A stretch of 59,754 bases of DNA, the filler included. It is 6 parts of 6 records of this genome, joined end to end, with 100 filler letters (N's around TTAATTAATTAA, not from the genome) between each part and the next. Parts side by side here need not be neighbours in the genome. Positions count along the whole stretch, not along the records: positions 42,824 to 53,584 come from SRR22947725_4587; positions 53,685 to 59,754 come from SRR22947725_4596; 4 more parts are not named here. One strand, given 5' to 3'. Below are positions 52,620-59,754 of the stretch, one piece after another. The translations under genes were made by a program, and so were the position numbers. The notes under the pieces are model-generated. The model saw nothing but the letters and a program-made list of their open reading frames with translations, made no database searches and was not told the origin of the DNA. Numbering within the stretch: position 1 is the first letter of the stretch; each line of letters begins with the position of its first letter.

Positions 52620-53483
52620 TTATTTAGTTAAAGGTCTAACTAAACCTTCTTGAACAACAGATGCAATTAAAGTTCCTGTTCTTGTATAAATATGACCTTG
52701 AGCAACACCTCTCGCGTTACCAGAGTTAGGACTTTCAATTGAATAAAGTAGCCAATCATTAAAGTCAAAATCTCTGTAAAACCACATTGCATGATCCAAA
52801 CTAGCCATTTGAATTTCTGAAAAACTAACCTTTTTCATATGTGGAAGGATTGATGACCATAATAAATTATAATCAGAAATATAAGTTAATATCTGGTGCT
52901 TAATTTCAATTGTAAAATTTGGAATATCACCTTTTAATTTAAACCAAACGTCTATTGTTGGGGGAAGATTAGTATTACTAAATAGGTTTAGAATATTAGT
53001 TGGTTTAAACTCAATAGGGCGCTCTACACTTAAAAAACTCTTTAGTTTAAAAGGCATGAAATTAGCATTTTTTTCTGCAAGTTCACTCCAACTTTTTAAT
53101 TCTTCTGGAGGGGTAATTGCTCTTTCCATTTTACGAAAATGTTCAAATCCAAACTCAATTTTATGAAAAGAAGCTGCTAAGATAAAAATAGTTTTTTCAC
53201 CCTGAACTGCAGTGACTCTTCTTGTAGAGAAACTACCTCCGTCTCTAGTTTCATCTACTAAATATCTGATAGATTTATATAAATCTCCAGGTTCTAAAAA
53301 ATAAGAGTGTAGAGAATGTAATATTCTGCCATTTTTAATAGTTCGATAGGCTGCATTCAAAGATTGGGCTAAAACTTGCCCACCAAATACATTTAAGCTA
53401 CCAACTGTTTCACTTTTACCTATAAAAAAATCTTCTTTTTTATCTAAAAGTAAAACTTCTAGTAAATCTTTAACAGTATTCAT
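52620..53483 (-). CDS. tesB: acyl-CoA thioesterase II
   Basis: VFGGQVLAQ, HSLHSYF, RDGGSFSTRRV, ASLDHAMWF, QEGL. Confidence 0.92.
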   Translation of the reverse strand: MNTVKDLLEVLLLDKKEDFFIGKSETVGSLNVFGGQVLAQSLNAAYRTIKNGRILHSLHSYFLEPGDLYKSIRYLVDETRDGGSFSTRRVTAVQGEKTIFILAASFHKIEFGFEHFRKMERAITPPEELKSWSELAEKNANFMPFKLKSFLSVERPIEFKPTNILNLFSNTNLPPTIDVWFKLKGDIPNFTIEIKHQILTYISDYNLLWSSILPHMKKVSFSEIQMASLDHAMWFYRDFDFNDWLLYSIESPNSGNARGVAQGHIYTRTGTLIASVVQEGLVRPLTK

Positions 53484-53519
53484 TAATGAAGTGTTGAATT
53501 ATAGAGAAAAATTAAAAAG

Positions 53520-53584
53520 TGCGGGCGGAGAGACTCGAACTCTCACACCTCGCGGCACTAGATCCTAAGTCTAGCGTGTCTACC
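53520..53584 (-). tRNA. tRNA-Leu(TAG), 5'-truncated
   Basis: reverse complement has CTAGA-CT-TAG-GA-TCTAG anticodon arm, long variable arm, GTTCGAGTC T-arm. Confidence 0.92.
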
Positions 53585-53684
53585 NNNNNNNNNNNNNNNN
53601 NNNNNNNNNNNNNNNNNNNNNNNNNNNNTTAATTAATTAANNNNNNNNNNNNNNNNNNNNNNNNNNNNNNNNNNNNNNNNNNNN
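53585..53684. other. artificial contig spacer
   Basis: 44 N + TTAATTAATTAA + 44 N. Confidence 0.98.
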
Positions 53685-54046
53685 TCTATTGGTAAATTTT
53701 CTTTATTATAAACTTTAGTAAATTTTGGGTTTAGATAATCCTGAGATCTTATTCTTGCTATTTTTTTTTGTACATTAAAGATAGAAAAGGCAATCTGACA
53801 GATAAGCATATTAATTTCATCGTTTCTTGTAACGGCTATAATCATATCTGCTTCAGATGCATTAGCTTTTTCTAGTATCGATGGATAAGTTGCTTTACCA
53901 ACAATTGCCTTAACATCTAATGTATCATCAATTTTTTGTATATCTTCACTTGATTGATCTATAACTGTTATAGAGTGACCCTGCTCACCAAGAATTTTAG
54001 CTATGGTAAATCCAACTCTACCAGCACCACAAATAATAATATTCAT
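53685..54046 (-). CDS. trkA: Trk K+ uptake NAD-binding subunit, 3'-truncated
   Basis: IIICGAGRVG, IAVT..DEIN, KIARIR; follows ntrX. Confidence 0.9.
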
Positions 54047-55402
54047 TTAGTTTAATTCCTTAATTCCTAAGCCTTTAAGCTTTCTGTGCAAGGCTGATCT
54101 TTCCATGCCAATAAAATCTGCTGTTTTTGATATATTTCCATTAAATTTTTTTAATTGAGTAGTTAAATACTCTTTTTCAAAGTTTTCTCTAGCCTCTTTT
54201 AATGGCACAGATAAAGCGTTTTCTATCGGAGATGTAGTATTATCAGGAGTTTTTAAAGACTCTTTAATTATATTTGAAATTTTTTCATCAGTATCAGGCG
54301 ATAAAATTGCAATTCTTTCAATTAGGTTTCTCAACTCTCTTACATTGCCAGGCCATTCATAGTTAATTAGATATTGATTATCAGTGTCAATCTTTAATTT
54401 TTTAAGATTATAATTTGAAGAAATTTTTTCTGAAAAATACTCTATTAGTAAAGGGATATCTGAAACTCTTTTGTTTAGAGGTTCAACATTAATTTCTAAA
54501 ACATTTAATCTATGATAAAGATCTTCTCTAAAGTTCCCAAGTTCAATTTCTTTTTTAATATCCTTGGTAGAAGAACAAATAATTCTTACATCAACATTTA
54601 TATCATGATTACCATTTGTTCTCTTAAATTTTTGATCTGTCAATACTCTTAATATTTTTGATTGTGTTTCCAACTGGATTTCGGAAATTTCATCAATTAA
54701 TAATGTTCCGCCACTAGCTTTTTCTAAAGCGCCATATGAAATTGCACCATTTTTTTTTTCTTCTCCAAATAATTCAAGTTCATATTTTTTAATATCTAAC
54801 AAAGCAGCATTAAGAATTATAAAAGGTCCTTTATTACGGTTTGATTGTTTGTGAACTTTTCTTGCAATTAACTCTTTTCCAGATCCAGTTGGGCCATTAA
54901 TAAAAATTCTACTTTCTGTGATTGAAACTTTATTAATTTCATCTTTAATATTTTCTATATTATTGCTTTTGCCAATTAAGTCATAGGAATAAAAAAGTTT
55001 ATCCTCAAATTCTTTATTCTTATTTTTTAAATTGATATTTTCTACAGCACGATTTACAAAATTCATTAATCTTTCTTGATTAAAAGGTTTTTCAATAAAT
55101 TCAAATGCACCAGTTTTTAAAGCTCTTATGGCCATTTCAATGTTTGCGTGGCCTGTAATGATTATTACTGGAATGTCAGAGTTTTTACTTTTAATATGAG
55201 ATAAAAGTTCTAAACCATCATTGTCACCCTTATCTAATTTAACATCAATAATTGCAACATCAGGAAGTTTTTTATCAATCTCATTTAAAGCTTGATTGTA
55301 ATTTGCAGCTATCCTTGTTTTGTAACCAGCATCAACAATAAGATCATTTATTATATTTCTAATATCTGCATTATCATCGATTATTAATATTTCGGTACTC
55401 AT
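54047..55402 (-). CDS. ntrX: NtrX response regulator (REC-AAA+-HTH)
   Basis: GPTGSGKE, FREDLYHRL, WPGNVRELRN, MERSALHRKLK; no GAFTGA. Confidence 0.9.
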   Translation of the reverse strand: MSTEILIIDDNADIRNIINDLIVDAGYKTRIAANYNQALNEIDKKLPDVAIIDVKLDKGDNDGLELLSHIKSKNSDIPVIIITGHANIEMAIRALKTGAFEFIEKPFNQERLMNFVNRAVENINLKNKNKEFEDKLFYSYDLIGKSNNIENIKDEINKVSITESRIFINGPTGSGKELIARKVHKQSNRNKGPFIILNAALLDIKKYELELFGEEKKNGAISYGALEKASGGTLLIDEISEIQLETQSKILRVLTDQKFKRTNGNHDINVDVRIICSSTKDIKKEIELGNFREDLYHRLNVLEINVEPLNKRVSDIPLLIEYFSEKISSNYNLKKLKIDTDNQYLINYEWPGNVRELRNLIERIAILSPDTDEKISNIIKESLKTPDNTTSPIENALSVPLKEARENFEKEYLTTQLKKFNGNISKTADFIGMERSALHRKLKGLGIKELN

Positions 55403-57183
55403 TATACTTTTAAAAATTCAACAGTAACTTTGGCACCATCGTTTAAATTTGCAAATTTGATTGAACCATTGTGATCATTAATTATTTTATTAACTATTGC
55501 CAAACCTAAACCAGTTCCTTTTTTTTTAGTGGTAAAATAGGGGTTTAAAATTTTTTTAATGTTTTCTAAATTCTTAAAACCCTTACCATTATCTCCTATT
55601 GTAAATTCTATATAATCATCATAGTCATTAATTTCTATACTAATTTTACCTTTGGTATTGGTGATTTCTAGACATTTTTCTTGAACACTTTCTATAGCAT
55701 TTTTAATTAGATTGAAAAAGACTCTACTTAGCTGTTCATTGTCAGATTTATAAAAAATTTCTTTTTTTTTGCTTATTAAATCTATTTCAATATTTTCATC
55801 CAAAGTTTTTAAAAGTTTTAAGTTGTCATCAATAATATTAACTAAATTGTTATTTTTTAAAATTGGTTTTGGCATACGCGCAAAGTCTGAAAATTCATTT
55901 ACCAAATTTTCAATTTGTTTTATTTGTTTATCAATAATTTTTAAACTATCAGTAAAATTTGTTTTTTGCTCAGAAGATAAAACTTCAGAAAATTTATTTC
56001 TGAGTCTATCAATCGTTAACTGAATCGGGGTTAATGGATTTTTAATTTCATGTGCTAGTTTTCTTGCTAAACTTTCCCAAGCTTCATGTCTTTCCGTTAT
56101 AATGAGTTTATCTTGTTGAGATTTTAATTTTTCAGTCATTAGATTGAAATTTTTATTCAAAATTTCCATGTCTTTATCAGTTTTTATTTCAGGTACTTTA
56201 ATACCTAAATTACCTTTTCCAATATCTGCTGAGGCAATAATTAAATTGTTAATAGATCTAAAAAATCTAGACGAAAAGCGAATAGCAATAGAAATCGATA
56301 AAAAAAGCAATAAGGTAACAATGATAAGATATATTAGTGCAAAAGAAACTTTAATTCCTGTTTGTTTATTTAAAACTGTATAATAAAAATTAACAGCCTC
56401 CTCAGAATCTATTAAATATTGTGATATTTTTTTATCTAAATATTTAATAATGTATAAATAATTACCCTCAAAATTTTCAAGTTTAATTAATGATGCAGAT
56501 TGATTTTCAAATGCATTAATAATTTTAAGTGGTCTTGAATCAGTTAAAACCATTTCAAGTGCTTCTGTAAGAGGTGGTGAATAATCTTTTGGATCTTGTA
56601 AAGTTGTTAAAACAAGTTGCCCGCTGTTATCTATAATATGCACCTCATCCATTCCCCTTATTAATTTTTGAGTATTTAAAAAACTTTTAAATTGATCTAA
56701 ATTAATCTTTAGGAAATTTGAACTTTTATTTAAGTCATAAGCAATTAAAATTATTTCTGATTGTGTTTTTGACTTTGCTTCCTCAGTATAACTTTTTGCT
56801 ATTTCATAAGAATTATTAACAGCCGAAATTATTTTTTTATCTAGGTATTTATCGAGCGCAAAAGTTAATAAAAATAATGAAAATAAAGAAATTAAAAGTG
56901 ATGGAATTAAAGTAAAAAGAGCAAAAAAAGTTATGTATTTTATATTTGCTTTTGAGCCACTTACATCGACATCTATCTTTAATGAATTTTTGACTTCATA
57001 AAAAATCATTATAAATAAAAGTATTAGCAATCCTATACTTGCTATTAATAGAAACTGTAGGTTTTGATCGTTTAATTTAATAAAACTTTTGTCTATAAAA
57101 GTTAAAAAAGTAAGAAAGCCCAATGATAATGTAATTGTGAAAATTATCGTAATAAATATATTTTTTTTGATAAAATCCAGCAT
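55402..57183 (-). CDS. ntrY: NtrY sensor histidine kinase
   Basis: AW..LARKLAHEIKNPLTPIQL, NLIKNA, PYFTTK..GTGLGL; upstream of ntrX. Confidence 0.88.
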   Translation of the reverse strand: MLDFIKKNIFITIIFTITLSLGFLTFLTFIDKSFIKLNDQNLQFLLIASIGLLILLFIMIFYEVKNSLKIDVDVSGSKANIKYITFFALFTLIPSLLISLFSLFLLTFALDKYLDKKIISAVNNSYEIAKSYTEEAKSKTQSEIILIAYDLNKSSNFLKINLDQFKSFLNTQKLIRGMDEVHIIDNSGQLVLTTLQDPKDYSPPLTEALEMVLTDSRPLKIINAFENQSASLIKLENFEGNYLYIIKYLDKKISQYLIDSEEAVNFYYTVLNKQTGIKVSFALIYLIIVTLLLFLSISIAIRFSSRFFRSINNLIIASADIGKGNLGIKVPEIKTDKDMEILNKNFNLMTEKLKSQQDKLIITERHEAWESLARKLAHEIKNPLTPIQLTIDRLRNKFSEVLSSEQKTNFTDSLKIIDKQIKQIENLVNEFSDFARMPKPILKNNNLVNIIDDNLKLLKTLDENIEIDLISKKKEIFYKSDNEQLSRVFFNLIKNAIESVQEKCLEITNTKGKISIEINDYDDYIEFTIGDNGKGFKNLENIKKILNPYFTTKKKGTGLGLAIVNKIINDHNGSIKFANLNDGAKVTVEFLKV

Positions 57184-57216
57184 TATGAGATAAATGATAT
57201 AATTATAATTTTTATC
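57184..57216. promoter_or_regulatory. candidate bidirectional promoter between ntrY and ispDF
   Basis: TGaTATAAT (57195-57203) and TATAAT (57204-57209) on +, TATAAT (57207-57202) on -. Confidence 0.55.
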
Positions 57217-58332
57217 ATGAATATTAGTTTTATAATACTAGCTGGTGGAGAAAGTAAAAGATTTAATTCTAAGACACCTAAGCCCTACCATCTTTATAAA
57301 GGCAAACCTTTATTAATGCACTCTATAGATAGAGTAAAAAGTTATAAAAAATTTAAAAAAATAGTTATAGTAGTTCATAAGAATCACACAAAATTTATTA
57401 AAAAACTCAAAATTCCAAAAATTAAAATTATTAAAGGTGGCAGAACTAGAGCTGAGTCAGCTTTCAAAGGGTTAAATAGTTTAAAAAATTCAAATACCAA
57501 ATATGTGATGATTCATGATGCAGCAAGACCAAATTTTTCCTTAAAATTATTAAACAAATTGAAAAAAGAAATCCAATTCAATAATTGTGTTGTTCCTGCT
57601 ATACAAACTGCAGACTCGGTCAAACAGAAGATTAAGGGAAAAGTTAAAAATTTAAAAAGAGAAAATATTTTCTTTATGCAAACACCTCAAGCATTTAATT
57701 ATAACGAGTTATTTAAGCTCCAAAAAAATAAGAGTTTGGAAGTGACAGATGATGCTAATTTATTTGTAGAGGCTGGTAAAAAGATAAAAATTATTAAAGG
57801 AGAACTAGAAAATAAAAAAATTACAATTAATTCAGATATTAAATCAAATGTTTCAATAAAATATGGATTAGGTTTCGACGTCCACCGATTAGTTCCCAAT
57901 AAAAAACTATACCTTGGTGGAATAAAGATTCCATCAAAAATTGGTGCATTGGGTCATTCGGATGGTGATCCTGTTTTACATGCTGTAATAGATGCTGTTC
58001 TTGGTGCTTGCGGAATGGGCGATATAGGTAAAAAATTTTCAGATAAGAGTAAAAAATTTGAAAATATTAGGTCAACAATTTTATTAGATAAAGTAATTGA
58101 TCAAATTAGACTTAAGGGTTTTATCATCAATAATTTGGATATTAATATAATTACAGAAAAACCTAAAATTCAAAAATATAATAAAAAAATTACAAATTGT
58201 ATTTCAAGAATATGTAAAATTTTGCCCTCACAAATTAACATCAAAGGCAAAACAACTGAAAAATTAGGTGTAATTGGAAAAGAAAAAGCTATAGCTTGTG
58301 AAGTAATAGCCTCAGTAATTAAAAATGATTAA
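57217..58332 (+). CDS. ispDF: bifunctional IspD/IspF
   Basis: LAGG.S.RF..PK, HDAARP, QTPQ, TDD; GFDVH, HSDGD, KTTEKLG. Confidence 0.93.
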   Translation: MNISFIILAGGESKRFNSKTPKPYHLYKGKPLLMHSIDRVKSYKKFKKIVIVVHKNHTKFIKKLKIPKIKIIKGGRTRAESAFKGLNSLKNSNTKYVMIHDAARPNFSLKLLNKLKKEIQFNNCVVPAIQTADSVKQKIKGKVKNLKRENIFFMQTPQAFNYNELFKLQKNKSLEVTDDANLFVEAGKKIKIIKGELENKKITINSDIKSNVSIKYGLGFDVHRLVPNKKLYLGGIKIPSKIGALGHSDGDPVLHAVIDAVLGACGMGDIGKKFSDKSKKFENIRSTILLDKVIDQIRLKGFIINNLDINIITEKPKIQKYNKKITNCISRICKILPSQINIKGKTTEKLGVIGKEKAIACEVIASVIKND

Positions 58333-58828
58333 AATTTTTAACTCTTTATTTGTAACTATGTTGGGTTTAGGTAAAATTAAATATATACCTGGAACTATTG
58401 GATCTTTTGTAACAATAATTATACTTTATTATTTATTTCATATTATAAATTTATCTCCAAATATTTTTTTGTTTTTTTTAGTATTAATTTTTATTTATTC
58501 TTTTTATGCAGTTTCAAGTCATATAGAAAATAATGAAAATAAAGATCCTGGAGAAATAATAATTGATGAGTTCATTGGTCAATCCATTCCTATCTATTTA
58601 TATGAAATTTCTCATGGAACAGAAAAAACACAAAATGAAGCAATAATTTTTTATGGAATTTGTTTTATTTTATTTAGATACTTTGACATTATGAAGCCAT
58701 TTCCAGTAAGTTTTTTTGATAAAAATTTCAAAAATAGTTTTGGTGTTATAATGGATGACGTTTGTGCTGGGTTTTATGTTGTCTTATCACTAATTTGTTT
58801 CATGATTTTAAAAAGTTATATTTTGTAA
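58325..58828 (+). CDS. pgpA: phosphatidylglycerophosphatase A
   Basis: PGTIGS, DPGEIIIDE, FRYFDI.KP, GVIMDD. Confidence 0.92.
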   Translation: MIKIFNSLFVTMLGLGKIKYIPGTIGSFVTIIILYYLFHIINLSPNIFLFFLVLIFIYSFYAVSSHIENNENKDPGEIIIDEFIGQSIPIYLYEISHGTEKTQNEAIIFYGICFILFRYFDIMKPFPVSFFDKNFKNSFGVIMDDVCAGFYVVLSLICFMILKSYIL

Positions 58829-59286
58829 TGAAAAAACTTGTAAAAAAGTTATTAAAAAAAAAGCTTAAAATTTCTGTTGCAGAGTCCTGCACAGGGGGAA
58901 TGCTTGCAAGCTCAATTACTTCTATCAGTGGTGCATCTAAAGTATTTAGCTTAGGTCTTGTTACTTATTCTAATCAAGCAAAAATTAATGTGTTAAAAGT
59001 AAATAAAAAAACTATCAAAAAATATGGAGCTGTAAGCGCTGAGTGTTGTGAGGCAATGGTCAAGAATTTAGCAAAGATATCTAAAGCTCAGATTAATATA
59101 TCTATAACTGGAATAGCTGGACCAAATGGAGGAACAAAATCAAAGCCTGTTGGATTAGTTTATATTGGAGTTAAAAAAGGTAATAGATTATTGATATCTA
59201 AAAATTTTTTCAAAAAAAAATCAAGAAATTCAATTCAAAAAGTTACGGTTAAAAGATCTCTAGAAATTTTAAATTCTTTAATCTAA
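58828..59286 (+). CDS. cinA: CinA C-terminal domain protein (NMN deamidase family)
   Basis: AESCTGG, YSN.AK, GAVS, TGIAGP.GG. Confidence 0.9.
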   Translation: MKKLVKKLLKKKLKISVAESCTGGMLASSITSISGASKVFSLGLVTYSNQAKINVLKVNKKTIKKYGAVSAECCEAMVKNLAKISKAQINISITGIAGPNGGTKSKPVGLVYIGVKKGNRLLISKNFFKKKSRNSIQKVTVKRSLEILNSLI

Positions 59287-59291
59287 ATAAA

Positions 59292-59729
59292 TTATATCGT
59301 TTCAGCCCTTTTTTGAAAGGCATCAGCAATTTTGTTCAAACCAAATTCAAATGATTTTTCCATTAATACATTTAGAAATTTATTTTTAATCTCAAAATCT
59401 ACATCAAAATAAACTTCTGTTGTGTTATTGATTTCTACAAACTTCCAATTATTTTGCAAATGTTTTAACGGACCATCTAAATTTGTAACATTAATTGTAT
59501 CATCTTTCTTATTATATCTGACATCACTTTTGTATGTATCGCTGAAGGGACCTTTTCCTATTGTAAGATCTGCTATAATATAAATTTTATCATCCTTTAT
59601 TTTTCTTTCATAAACTTTCGAATTCAAACAAAAAGGAATAAACTCAGGATATTTTTCTATATCCAAAACAAATTCAATAAGTTTATCTTTTTTTCTATTT
59701 ATTACTCTTTTAACAGATGCCTTGGGCAT
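59292..59729 (-). CDS. ratA: RatA/Coq10 START-domain protein
   Basis: V.DIEKYPEFIPFC, GPLKHL.N.W.F, AFQKRA. Confidence 0.85.
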   Translation of the reverse strand: MPKASVKRVINRKKDKLIEFVLDIEKYPEFIPFCLNSKVYERKIKDDKIYIIADLTIGKGPFSDTYKSDVRYNKKDDTINVTNLDGPLKHLQNNWKFVEINNTTEVYFDVDFEIKNKFLNVLMEKSFEFGLNKIADAFQKRAETI

Positions 59730-59754
59730 TAATGATTGTTAATTCTATTTTGTT

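Overview
The window is not one locus. It is six contigs joined by five identical artificial 100-bp spacers (44 N + TTAATTAATTAA + 44 N), from probably at least four marine bacteria; the taxonomy below is inferred from gene content and composition. (1) 1-21504, PVC/Lentisphaerota-like: end of a fabF-acp-CrtI-like lipid cluster, DUF374 acyltransferase, cmoB, large O-antigen-ligase-family protein, metF, thiL-tsaE-tsaB, C39-like peptidase, rnhC-rsmA-surA, and a ribosomal block rplV..secY lacking rpmD, led by a non-ribosomal gene and followed by a tRNA. (2-4) 21605-42723, AT-rich streamlined gammaproteobacterium (SAR86-like): rimP..pnp; rpsA-ihfB-pyrF-pgi-uvrC-pgsA plus two nucleotide-sugar genes and tRNA-Cys; rplJ-rplL-rpoB-rpoC. 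(5) 42824-53584, Flavobacteriaceae-like: GH130 phosphorylase, SSS symporter, LytS/LytTR pair, fasciclin, pseudouridine-synthase-like gene, UbiA/mevalonate genes, tesB, tRNA-Leu. (6) 53685-59754, Pelagibacter-like: trkA-ntrX-ntrY, ispDF-pgpA-cinA, ratA. Content is mostly housekeeping, and I saw no CRISPR array, transposase, prophage or defence system. Best leads: an apparently catalytically dead RluB/RsuA-family pseudouridine synthase, the split S10 cluster headed by an unknown coiled-coil gene, the fabF/ACP/CrtI-like lipid cluster, a MetF with a half-eroded Cys domain, a PAS-less NtrY, and a 33-bp bidirectional promoter. None is demonstrably a new system without database searches.
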